Part shown: positions 1-8,545 of the stretch, piece after piece | Numbering within the stretch: position 1 is the stretch's first letter | How the letters are laid out: each line of letters begins with the position of its first letter | Source of the DNA: Vicinamibacterales bacterium | GTDB lineage: Bacteria > Acidobacteriota > Vicinamibacteria > Vicinamibacterales > UBA2999 | Direction of reading: 5' to 3' | Assembly: GCA_035495795.1 (NCBI GenBank) | Contig: DATJFF010000009.1 | Coordinates: 9,394 to 73,393 of the forward strand | Length of the DNA stretch: 64,000 bases | Translations under genes and position numbers: made by a program | The notes under the pieces: model-generated | Told to the model about the DNA's origin: nothing | The model's input: the letters and a program-made list of their open reading frames with translations, nothing else | Database searches by the model: none

Positions 1-87
1 AAACTGGAGAGCGCAAGCGCGCTCGAGGAGCGGCGCGCGCAGTGGCGCGCCGCGCTTGCCGTCCTCTCACGTCTGTTCATGGAGTGA
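1..87 (+). CDS. 3' end of an unidentified gene entering from the left edge (partial)
   Basis: Frame 1 is open from base 1 to TGA at 85-87 (KLESASALEERRAQWRAALAVLSRLFME*). 23 of 28 third positions are G/C, like confident genes here. It converges on the kinase gene that ends at 99. Too short to name. Confidence 0.3.
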   Translation, partial: KLESASALEERRAQWRAALAVLSRLFME

Positions 88-98
88 TTTCGGATCCT

Positions 99-2369
99 TC
101 AGGCGGCAGCGGCCAGGCCGAGCAGCCGCTCGCCGCCTTCGCTTCGGAACACCGCCACAGCTTCGGCGTGGCGCGCCTGCGCCAGGCGCACGATCTCGCC
201 GTAGCGCGCGTGATGACGCAACGGTGCCAGCCACGGGTCGTGCAGCAGCGTGTGCGGCACGTGGAAACCGCCGTCCACTGCCATCTGGAGCGCGCGTAGC
301 GCCAGTTCGTCGCTGCCGAGCCGGCTGAGGATCAGGCCGTTGGTCATGTAACCCTCGGGGTCCTTCCACATCGAGTGCGCCAACACGTGTTCGGCGAGCG
401 CGCGAGCCTCGCGTGCCTCTCTGAGGCAGGCCACAATCATCTCGCTCCACGCCTTCAGCATCGGGGTCGCGGCTGGGCCGGGCCCTTCCCAGACCGCCAG
501 CGCCTCCTCTCTGCGCCCGGCGCGATACAAGGCCATGCTTCGAGCGTCGGCATCGTGCAGGTCCGGGTCTCGCAGGATGCGCTCGTGATCGCCGAGCGCT
601 GCATAGGTGTTGAGCACGCTGGTCTGAATGTGCGGGTCGAGGCGCCGCGCTTCTTCGTGTGCGGCCACCGAAGCATCCAGCAGCCCGACGTAGCGGCACG
701 CGTGCACGAGTCCGGCAAACAGCTCGGGATCCGTGACGGCTCGCGCGCGGCGAAGCAGGCGCCGCGTGGCGTCCACGCCGCGGCCGGCGTCGCACTCGAG
801 CTGCGCGTAGTACTTGTGGAGCACGGGCAGCTCGGGATTGAGCGCGAGCGCCCGCTCGAAGGCGCGTTCCGCCAGCTCGGCGCCGTCGGCCACATCGAAG
901 TACTTGCCGATTACCCGGTGACACCGGCCGAGCCCGGCCCACGCCGGCGCAAAGCTCGGATCGAGTTCGGTGCAGCGCAGATACACGTCGCGGGCTTCGG
1001 CGAGGCGATCCCAGTCGCGGGCCAGCTCGTTGCCGCGTAAGTAGAGTTCGTAGGCGGCGCCATTCCGCGGCACGTCGAGCGGCGGGGCGGCGGCGCCGCT
1101 GCCGGGCTCGCCGATCGAGCGCGATAGCGAGCGGACGATGCCGCTGGATAGTTCATCCTGTAATGCGAACACATCGTGAAGCGCATGTTGGGAGGCATGC
1201 GACCACAGGACGGTGCCCGCGGGTGTCTCGACCAGCTGCGCGGTTACCCGGAGCTGCGGCCCGGCGCGCAGGATGGTGCCCATCAGCGCGACATCGACAT
1301 CGACGTCGGCAGCCAGCCGCCGCAGGTCGGGCGCTTGCGGATCGAAGCGCGCGGCCGCCGCACTCGACCGCACCAGCAGGTTGCGGGTCCCGGTGAGCGA
1401 CATCGTGATCGCATCGGGCAGGCTGAAGGCCAGGAAGTCGGTGTCAGCGTCGGGCCGCAGGACGCGGAAGGGCAGGGCGATGAACCGCGTCATCGCCCGG
1501 GCTGCGGTCAGAGTCATCTCGCTCGAGTCGCGATCGGTCGTGACGGCTCGTATCTGCTCGGCCATCGCCGCCGCGGACTGGTAGCGGTCGGCGGCGCGCT
1601 TCTGCAGGCCCTTGTGAATGACGCGGTCGAGGCCGGCCACCGCCCCGCCCCCCGCCAGCGCCGGAGGCTGCTCGTGCAGCACGGCATGCAGGACGTCCAC
1701 CATCGTCGCGCCCCCGAACGCCATCTCGCCGGTCAGCATCTCGAAGAGCAGCGCGGCCACGGCGAACAGGTCGGCCCGTCCGTCGAGCACTTCGCCGCGC
1801 GCCTGCTCCGGCGCCATGTAGTTCGGGGTTCCGACGAGTGCGCCGGCCGCAGTCAGTATCGTGCCGGTATGGCCGGTCTCGCGGTCGCTGGCCATCGGTC
1901 GCGCCAGGCCGAAGTCGAGCAGCTTCACCCCGTGCGGAGTGAGGAACAGGTTCGACGGCTTGAGGTCGCGATGGATGAGCCCGCGCGTGTGCAGGGCCTC
2001 GAGCGCCGCGAGGGTCTGTAGCGCGATCGCGGCTGAATCGGCGTTACTGAGCGCCCCGCGGTTCAGGCGGGCGTCGAGCGATTCGCCGGCCAGCAGCTCC
2101 ATCGCGATGAACAGCCCGCCCTCGGTCTCCTCCACCTCGAAGAGCTGGCAGATGTTCGGATGCGAGATGCCCGCCGCCGCTCGGGCTTCGCGCCACAACC
2201 GCTTGCGCGAGGTGTCGTCGCTTTCGCCGCGAATGGTCTTGAGCGCGACCGCACGGTCCAGGCGCTCGTCGTGGGCCGCGTAGACAACGCCCATCCCGCC
2301 TTCGCCGATCTTGCGCTCGATCCGGTAGCGCCCGATCCGATCGGGAACTGGTGGCGCCGGGAAGGACAT
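99..2369 (-). CDS. Ser/Thr protein kinase with C-terminal helical-repeat (TPR-like) region
   Basis: 756-aa ORF. Hanks-type motifs read directly: GEGGMGVVY glycine loop, AVALK lysine, HRDLKPSNLF catalytic loop, DFGLAR, PNYMAPE. The C-terminal half is helical-repeat-like. ATG at 2369-2367, only 6 nt after the stop of the upstream molybdoenzyme gene. Confidence 0.9.
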   Translation of the reverse strand: MSFPAPPVPDRIGRYRIERKIGEGGMGVVYAAHDERLDRAVALKTIRGESDDTSRKRLWREARAAAGISHPNICQLFEVEETEGGLFIAMELLAGESLDARLNRGALSNADSAAIALQTLAALEALHTRGLIHRDLKPSNLFLTPHGVKLLDFGLARPMASDRETGHTGTILTAAGALVGTPNYMAPEQARGEVLDGRADLFAVAALLFEMLTGEMAFGGATMVDVLHAVLHEQPPALAGGGAVAGLDRVIHKGLQKRAADRYQSAAAMAEQIRAVTTDRDSSEMTLTAARAMTRFIALPFRVLRPDADTDFLAFSLPDAITMSLTGTRNLLVRSSAAAARFDPQAPDLRRLAADVDVDVALMGTILRAGPQLRVTAQLVETPAGTVLWSHASQHALHDVFALQDELSSGIVRSLSRSIGEPGSGAAAPPLDVPRNGAAYELYLRGNELARDWDRLAEARDVYLRCTELDPSFAPAWAGLGRCHRVIGKYFDVADGAELAERAFERALALNPELPVLHKYYAQLECDAGRGVDATRRLLRRARAVTDPELFAGLVHACRYVGLLDASVAAHEEARRLDPHIQTSVLNTYAALGDHERILRDPDLHDADARSMALYRAGRREEALAVWEGPGPAATPMLKAWSEMIVACLREAREARALAEHVLAHSMWKDPEGYMTNGLILSRLGSDELALRALQMAVDGGFHVPHTLLHDPWLAPLRHHARYGEIVRLAQARHAEAVAVFRSEGGERLLGLAAAA

Positions 2370-2375
2370 CAGCTA

Positions 2376-4781
2376 TCACTCATTGGACTGGGCTGCGCCG
2401 AGGGCCGCGAGCACCCTGGCTGGAGTGAGCGGGACGCGGCGCAACCTCACTCCAGTGGCGTCGAACACGGCGTTGGCAACGGCGGCCAGCATCGGCTTGC
2501 AGATCGTCTCGCCAGCGCCGTAGTGCGGCAGGTCGGGCCGGTTCGGGTCGGGATCGCCATTGACCTGGACGATGTCGATCCGTTCCGGCACGTCGGCGTG
2601 GGTCAGGGTGGGCGAGGTCACCCAGTCCACGGTCGTCATCTTCTGGCCGTCGAACCTCGCCTCTTCGTGCAGCGCGCGGCTGAGCGCGTGGAGCAGCCCA
2701 CCCTCGAGCGTGCGCGTCAGCGCCTCGGGGTTGATGACCAGCCCGCAATCGTGGGCGCAGACGATTCGCTTCACCCAGACGCGGCCGGTCTTGCGGTTCA
2801 CTTCGACCTCGACGATCTCGGCGACGACGGTCTGACTGCGATAGGCGTAGGCGGCGCCGCGGCCGGTGAGGATCTCGCCGCTCGCGCGCGGGCCCGGTGC
2901 CGGGCGGGGTTGCCAGCCGAACTTCTCGGCTGCCGCCTTGATGCAGGCGATCGATCTGGCGCGCTTGAAACCGCTGTCGTCGCCCGTGCCGGCTTCGATC
3001 AACTTCAGCCGGAACGCAATCGGGTCCGCCTTGGCCGCGGCCGCGAGCTCGTCGATGAAGCTCTCCGACGCGAACGTGACCTGCGGGCCATCGGGATCGC
3101 GCAGGTTGCCGGTCCTGAGCGGCGTCTCCCACACCAGCGGCAGCGGAATCACGCTGCCGGCCATGCGGCGGTTCGGCACCGCATACATGTCGGAGGGATA
3201 CGACGCGCGTCCGGCCGCCGGCTCCTGTCTCCGTTGTCCCGTGAGCTGCGCGATCAACACCGTGTCGTGCTCGTTGTAGCCGAGGTGATTGTGGTCGGCG
3301 GCCTTGAGGTCGTAATCGAGGGCGACAACGGCCCCCTGCGCGTCGAGTGCGCCGCGCATCTTCGCGGCATAGGCCGGGCCCTTGGTGTCCCATGCGGTTT
3401 CTTCCTGCCGCATCCACTGCACTCGTACCGGCCGGTTCAGCTCCTTCGCCAGGAATGCCGCCTCAAACCCGGCATCGTCGGCGGCGGTGCGCCCGTAGGC
3501 CTGTGGCCCCTGCATCCACACCACGCGCACGCGATCGCGCGGCATACCGAGGAAGCGGGCAACGCCGGACCGCAGCCCGTAGGACTTCATGTCGTTCGAG
3601 TAGATGGTCAGCTGATCGTTCGACGGATCTGCCAGGGCGTGCGCGGGACCGAACGCGGTGTGCCCCTGGAACGGTACGTCGTATTCGGCTTCGACCACTG
3701 ACGCTGCCTTCGCGAACCCGGTCTCGACGTTGCCGACCACAACCGGACGGCCGGTCGAAGACGCCGCCGTGCTGCGCATGTACTTGAAGAGCTCGTCCGA
3801 CGGCGGAAACGCCGGAGTCGCCGGCAGCTTCCAGTTCACCTTGAGCTGTCGCGCCGCCAGCACCGCCTGCTCCTCGCGCTCGAACACGACCGCAACATAG
3901 TTGCCTTTCGTGACCACGCGCACGAATCCAGGGCGGCCGGTGACCGACGACTCGTCGACGCTGACCAGCGTCGCGCCGGCCACAGGCGGACGCACATTGC
4001 GAGCGTGGACCATACCCGGCACCTTCACGTCCACAGCCCACTTCTGCGTGCCGTCCACCTTTGGCGGGATGTCGTAGCGCTGCGGCGACTGCCCGACGTT
4101 TTTCATCTGCTGCACCGGCTTGAGCGGCGCCTGGCCGGTGGTGTCGTCGATGCTCTTGCCGGTCAGCGTGACGTTGAACTTCCTGCCGCCGATCAGTTCC
4201 CCGTAGGTGACGCTCTTCGCCGGCGTGCCCTGGCCGCCGCCGGCCGAGACGACGCCGTCGCTGACGGTGAGCGCGGAGACGGGTGCGCCGAGCCGCTCGG
4301 CAGCCATGTTCAACAGCACCCGGCGCGCTTCCGCCGCGACCCGACGCATCGGGTAGCCGTCGGTCTGGAGTGCGTCCGATCCGCCGGAGCCGCCCTGATC
4401 CACGGTGATGTCCGTGTTCCCCATCACGCACGTGGTCTTGTCGAACGCGATGTCGAGCTCGTCGGACATGATCTGGCGGAACGCAGTGCCGGTGCCTTGT
4501 CCGAGATCGGTCTTGCCGACGAAGAACGTGGCGGTGTTGTCGGGGCGGATGACGATCCACGAGTCGAGCTGATGGAAATCGGGATCGGGATACGGGCCAG
4601 AGCCCTGCGATGCCCGATCCAGGAACGCCTCGACGCCGTCGACCGAAATTGCCGCGACCGAGGCGACGAGAATCCCGGAGGTCTTGAGGAAGTCGCGCCG
4701 TGCCACTTGCCCCGCCGAAGCCGTCCTGGCACGTTGGCGGGCTGGTCTCGCCGAAGCCGTTTTCCTTCGAAGGCGGATCAT
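2376..4781 (-). CDS. Xanthine dehydrogenase-family molybdopterin-binding subunit (IorB / aldehyde dehydrogenase large-subunit type), Tat-exported
   Basis: The ORF track extends to 5351. The product most likely starts at the internal ATG 4781-4779 (MIRLRRK...), which forms an ATGA overlap with the stop of the 2Fe-2S gene. Twin-arginine signal ARRDFLKTSG. 801 aa, with length and sequence typical of IorB-like Moco subunits. Confidence 0.85.
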   Translation of the reverse strand: MIRLRRKTASARPARQRARTASAGQVARRDFLKTSGILVASVAAISVDGVEAFLDRASQGSGPYPDPDFHQLDSWIVIRPDNTATFFVGKTDLGQGTGTAFRQIMSDELDIAFDKTTCVMGNTDITVDQGGSGGSDALQTDGYPMRRVAAEARRVLLNMAAERLGAPVSALTVSDGVVSAGGGQGTPAKSVTYGELIGGRKFNVTLTGKSIDDTTGQAPLKPVQQMKNVGQSPQRYDIPPKVDGTQKWAVDVKVPGMVHARNVRPPVAGATLVSVDESSVTGRPGFVRVVTKGNYVAVVFEREEQAVLAARQLKVNWKLPATPAFPPSDELFKYMRSTAASSTGRPVVVGNVETGFAKAASVVEAEYDVPFQGHTAFGPAHALADPSNDQLTIYSNDMKSYGLRSGVARFLGMPRDRVRVVWMQGPQAYGRTAADDAGFEAAFLAKELNRPVRVQWMRQEETAWDTKGPAYAAKMRGALDAQGAVVALDYDLKAADHNHLGYNEHDTVLIAQLTGQRRQEPAAGRASYPSDMYAVPNRRMAGSVIPLPLVWETPLRTGNLRDPDGPQVTFASESFIDELAAAAKADPIAFRLKLIEAGTGDDSGFKRARSIACIKAAAEKFGWQPRPAPGPRASGEILTGRGAAYAYRSQTVVAEIVEVEVNRKTGRVWVKRIVCAHDCGLVINPEALTRTLEGGLLHALSRALHEEARFDGQKMTTVDWVTSPTLTHADVPERIDIVQVNGDPDPNRPDLPHYGAGETICKPMLAAVANAVFDATGVRLRRVPLTPARVLAALGAAQSNE

Positions 4782-5242
4782 GCCATCCTCCGCGCCGCCA
4801 GCTTCACCGCGGCGTTGATCCGGTAATAAGTCATGCACCGGCAGAGCGTGTTCTTCATCCCCTCGCGGATCTGCGCGTCGGTCGGGTTCGGCGTCTTGTC
4901 GAGCAGCGCCTTGGCCGTGAGGATCTGCCCGTTCTGGCAGAAGCCGCAGGCCGGCACCTGCTCGTCGATCCATGCCTGCTGAATCGGGTGGAGCTTCCCG
5001 CTCTGTGCCAACCCCTCGAGCGTGGTGATCTCGACGTTCTGCGCCTGCGACACCGGCCTCACGCATGAGCGCACCGCCTCGCCCTTGATGAGCACCGTGC
5101 ACGCCCCACATTGACCGAGACCGCAGCCGAAGCGTGGGCCGGAGAGGTCCAGGTCGTTGCGCAGCACGTAGAGGAGCGGTGTCGACGGCTCGACGTCTAC
5201 CGTATGCCGCTTGCCATTGACGATCAAAGTGATGGCGGCCAT
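4778..5242 (-). CDS. (2Fe-2S)-binding small subunit of the molybdoenzyme (IorA-like)
   Basis: 154 aa. Both cluster motifs are present: CGLGQCGACTV and CGFCQNG...CRC. Translationally coupled to the large subunit (ATGA). Confidence 0.92.
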   Translation of the reverse strand: MAAITLIVNGKRHTVDVEPSTPLLYVLRNDLDLSGPRFGCGLGQCGACTVLIKGEAVRSCVRPVSQAQNVEITTLEGLAQSGKLHPIQQAWIDEQVPACGFCQNGQILTAKALLDKTPNPTDAQIREGMKNTLCRCMTYYRINAAVKLAARRMA

Positions 5243-5408
5243 AGCCTGCCATCATAGACGAGGCGGCGACGGCCGTCAGCGCGGGGTCAACAAGGATGAG
5301 TTGACGATCGTCAAAACGCCAGTATCGTCTGGAGCATCGGCACCCAGCCACGCAGACCCGCTGTGTACGGAGTAAAGGCCCCGCCGTAAGGCGCGTTGTG
5401 GACTCGCA

Positions 5409-5849
5409 TCAGCTCGCCGGTGAGCCAGAAACGCTCGGTCGGAAGGAAGTACCGCTGCGGTTTTTCAACGGATGCTTGCGGCGGTAAAGCAGCGTCCGCG
5501 GCAGCCACCGGCAACGGAGAACTTCCTCGCTGGCCAACGACGCCCCGACGTCCGCCGCGGCCTCCCCTTGGTCTGCGAGTTGCGGCTGATCGCTGAATTG
5601 CACCGCCGGGATCGCGCCCTCGTCGAGCCGTCGCTGCAAGCGATCGACTTGTTCGAGCAGCGCCCTTTGCTGCTCCTCCATTTTGCGAAGGAGCTCTCGC
5701 ACGACGGCATTCTCTGCCTTCAGGGTGAGGACTTCGCCCTGGAGATCGTTCACCTGCGGGCCCTGCGCGAATGCGCGACCCGCCAACGAGGTCAGCAAGG
5801 TCAATACCAGTGCGGCACAGACGTTGATTCGCGCAGCGTATTTGGGCAT
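5409..5849 (-). CDS. Hypothetical exported coiled-coil protein (C-terminus uncertain)
   Basis: ATG 5849 is preceded by GGAG 8 nt upstream. Signal peptide ALVLTLLTSLAGRAFAQG, then a heptad-like segment (LQGEVLTLKAENAVVRELLRKMEEQQRALLEQVDRLQRRL). The last ~40 codons are Arg-rich and unconvincing, and another frame continues to 5311 (see findings). Confidence 0.5.
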   Translation of the reverse strand: MPKYAARINVCAALVLTLLTSLAGRAFAQGPQVNDLQGEVLTLKAENAVVRELLRKMEEQQRALLEQVDRLQRRLDEGAIPAVQFSDQPQLADQGEAAADVGASLASEEVLRCRWLPRTLLYRRKHPLKNRSGTSFRPSVSGSPAS

Positions 5850-5927
5850 GGAGAATCTCCGTTCGGGCCGGAGAAAGGCTGGTCCGTTCGAGCGATCGAT
5901 AAGGGCCCGTCGGGCCGGAGACGCGGT

Positions 5928-6176
5928 CTACTTGAAGATGCCGAGCGCCTTCAGGATCACGATGAGAATGGCGGCACCGACGATCGACACCAACCACTGC
6001 GCCACGGGGCCCGAAGCGCCCAGCCCGAGCATCCCGGCCAACCAGAAGCCGAGGCTCGAGCCGACAATGCCGACCAGCACATTGGCGATGAGGCCCATCT
6101 GCGCATTGGTCTTCATCACGATGCTGGCGAGCCAGCCGACGATGCCGCCGATCACGATAGTCACGAGCCAATTCAT
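5928..6176 (-). CDS. GlsB/YeaQ/YmgE-family stress-response membrane protein
   Basis: 82 aa. Gly-rich three-TM pattern typical of the family (MNWLVTIVIGGIVGWLASIVM...GIVGSSLGFWLAGMLG...). GGAGG Shine-Dalgarno just upstream. Confidence 0.88.
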   Translation of the reverse strand: MNWLVTIVIGGIVGWLASIVMKTNAQMGLIANVLVGIVGSSLGFWLAGMLGLGASGPVAQWLVSIVGAAILIVILKALGIFK

Positions 6177-6317
6177 CTGAGCCTCCGGATGTTGACTTCC
6201 TGCCGCCTGCGGGCCTCAGTCTACACCCCCAACCCGTTCAAACGGCTGATTCGCAAGCCATCCAGTTACCCCGAAAGTGCGGGGGCATGACACTCCGCGC
6301 TTCGGGGCCGCAATGGC

Positions 6318-6980
6318 TCAACCCCCGAGCGCGATCGTGAGGCCGACCAGGACCAGGCCGAGCGCCACCATGCCGACGCCGAAGAGCCACGCCCGATGGC
6401 CGCTCAGGCGGCCGAAGACATAGCCGGTGAGGAAGAGTGAGATCACCGCGACGGTGTTCGACAGCCGCATGGCCGGCCGCACGTCGGCCATCAGCACGAA
6501 AGGGAGGGCCACTGGAAAGGTGGACAGGAACACCAGCAGGAAAACGCCGAGCGCGCCAAGGTAATCGTCATGCGTCAGCCGGCCGGCGCCGTCGGGCTCC
6601 GGCATGCGCTGCAAGCGAGCCCGGATGTCATCGAGTTCTGCCTCGCCGAGCAGCGACGCGACGATTGGCGGCAACGCGTCGGCGACGATCCGGCGCGCGA
6701 CCCGCTCGTCGCGCGCGTCCTTCACCGCGCGGAACGTCGCCAGGTTGCGACCGTGCTCGGCAATGCATCCCATCAGGTAGAAGATCGCGTCGATCAGCCC
6801 CCAGGCCAGGTTGCAGCCCAGCGCCCCGACGAGCATCGTCTTCACGTCCTCGCGGCCGGCTTCGGCCACGCTGAGCGAGCCGGTGAACGTCAGGACCATG
6901 ATCAGTCCGAAGAGCACCTCGGAGATCCGGTCGATCGGCTCGAGGACGCGCGGCGACGAGGCCAGCGGAAGGCTGGCCAT
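6318..6980 (-). CDS. VIT1/CCC1-family (vacuolar iron transporter-like) membrane protein
   Basis: 220 aa. TM-rich N-terminal region, a soluble helical insert, and three C-terminal TM helices ending ...VLVGLTIALGG, as in VIT-family proteins. 1-nt gap from the upstream exchanger gene. Confidence 0.75.
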   Translation of the reverse strand: MASLPLASSPRVLEPIDRISEVLFGLIMVLTFTGSLSVAEAGREDVKTMLVGALGCNLAWGLIDAIFYLMGCIAEHGRNLATFRAVKDARDERVARRIVADALPPIVASLLGEAELDDIRARLQRMPEPDGAGRLTHDDYLGALGVFLLVFLSTFPVALPFVLMADVRPAMRLSNTVAVISLFLTGYVFGRLSGHRAWLFGVGMVALGLVLVGLTIALGG

Positions 6981-6981
6981 C

Positions 6982-8076
6982 TCACGCAGCCTTCGGCGGC
7001 ATCAGGTACAGCGTCATCGCGAAGATCGCGTAGACCATCAGCACCAGTACTCCGACGAACCACGCCGAGCGTCCGCTGTTCACCACCAGCGACGCGGTCA
7101 TCGTCGCGATCAGCATCATCGCGACCGCGCCGGGCCAGAACTGCAGATCCATCGGGGCCGGCCCGAGCGGGTAGCTGAGGAGCACGAGGATCGGCGCGAC
7201 GAACAGGGCAATCTGCGATGCGCTCCCGAGCGCGATGCCGACGCTCAGATCGAGCCGGTTCTTGCGCGCCCCCGAGAAGGCGGACGCCATCTCCGCCGCC
7301 GCGCCGACGATCGAGACGACGATGAAGCCGACGAACGCCTGGGTCATGCCGAAGGCGCTCGCTGCCTCCTGGACCGAGGCGACGAAGACTTCGCTGACCA
7401 GCGCCACCAGCACGGTGACGACCACCAGGATCGCGCCGGCGACACTGAGCGGCCATGGCGCCTCGTCCTCCTCACCATGAGCGGCGCTTCCGAACAGCTC
7501 TTTGTGAGTGCCAAGCGAGAAGAGCATTCCCAGTGCATAGGCGGCGATCAGCAGCACCGAGAGGCCGACGCTCAAGGTCTGGAGGAAACCGGAGCTGCGG
7601 GCTTCTTCGGCCGTCGCCACCGTCGACGGCACCAGCAGCGCGATGGTGGCCAGGAACAGCAGGCCGGACTGGAGGCGCGCGCTCGCCCGGTTGTACTCCT
7701 GCACGTGGTACTTGACCCCGCCGAGCAGGAATGACATGCCGAGCATGAACAGCGTGTTGGTGACGATTGCGCCCGCGATCGACGCCTTGACCAGCGTGTA
7801 CTCGCCAGCGCGAAGGGCGGCCAGCGCGATTACCAGCTCGGTGAGGTTGCCGAGAGTGGCGTTGAGCAGCCCGCCGGCGGCATCACCGGTCTTGGCTGCC
7901 ACCGACTCGGTCGCGTGGCTCAGCAGCGTGGCCAGCGGTACGATCGCGAGCACTGACAGCAGGAAAAGGAGCGTGTGCGACTCCGGCGCAAGCGATTCGC
8001 CCGCGAGAACCGCGGGCACGAAGATCAGCAGCCAGAGAATCGGGTTGTGCCGGATCTCGTGCCAGAGGAGCTGCAT
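6982..8076 (-). CDS. cax: Calcium/proton exchanger (CaCA family, ChaA/CAX type)
   Basis: 364 aa with about 11 TM segments. Paired alpha-repeat signatures LGNLTELVIAL and IVGAAAEMASAF...GIALGSASQIALFVAPILVL. Confidence 0.9.
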   Translation of the reverse strand: MQLLWHEIRHNPILWLLIFVPAVLAGESLAPESHTLLFLLSVLAIVPLATLLSHATESVAAKTGDAAGGLLNATLGNLTELVIALAALRAGEYTLVKASIAGAIVTNTLFMLGMSFLLGGVKYHVQEYNRASARLQSGLLFLATIALLVPSTVATAEEARSSGFLQTLSVGLSVLLIAAYALGMLFSLGTHKELFGSAAHGEEDEAPWPLSVAGAILVVVTVLVALVSEVFVASVQEAASAFGMTQAFVGFIVVSIVGAAAEMASAFSGARKNRLDLSVGIALGSASQIALFVAPILVLLSYPLGPAPMDLQFWPGAVAMMLIATMTASLVVNSGRSAWFVGVLVLMVYAIFAMTLYLMPPKAA

Positions 8077-8291
8077 GCGGCTAGTCTACGCACGAGGCGG
8101 CATCGTGGTACGATCTTTCGGATGGAATCCGCTGCCGAGCGGCGTACCCGGATGCAGGTCGCTGTTCCCGTCACTGGCTGCGCACCAGAAAGACGATCGT
8201 GCGTTCTGGGCGGCGGTTCCCGTGTCGACACGTGTGCTCGAAGTCTGGGCCTTGAGCGAGGAGCAGTGGCGTCTGAGAGGCGAGTTCCCCG

Positions 8292-8533
8292 ATGAACCCG
8301 GACTTTGTCGATCTGTTGCGCGTCTTTATCGGCCGTGATGTCCGCGGCGCATCGATGTGCTGACCGAATTGAGTGGCATCACGTGTGGCGAGGCATGGCC
8401 CACTCGCTTGCGGGCGCCGTTTGGACCGATTGAAGCCGACTACCTCGGACGAGAGGCCTTCATCCGAAACAAGCGGGTGACCGGCCGGACGAAAGACCTG
8501 GCCGACATCGAGGGAATCGAGGGGGAAGCCTGA
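8292..8533 (+). pseudogene. Remnant of a small nucleotidyltransferase-like (toxin-antitoxin-associated type) gene with an out-of-frame internal deletion
   Basis: ATG 8292 opens MNPDFVDLLRVFIGRDV and then hits a stop at 8361. From 8348, in another frame, RIDVLTELSGITCGEAWPTRLRAPFGPIEADYLGREAFIRNKRVTGRTKDLADIEGIEGEA* runs to TGA 8531-8533. These match the N- and C-terminal ends of a family I recall as about 140-150 aa. The catalytic middle is missing. Neither piece reaches 60 aa, so neither appears in the ORF track. Confidence 0.55.
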
Positions 8534-8545
8534 CGGAGCCCGGCG

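Noticed and set aside
5903-5916. Small GC hairpins downstream of the yeaQ-like gene (GGGCCCGTCGGGCC) and of the VIT gene (around 6270-6290), considered as terminators.
   Set aside because: The stems are only 4-5 bp, with no U tract. Such hairpins arise by chance in this base composition.
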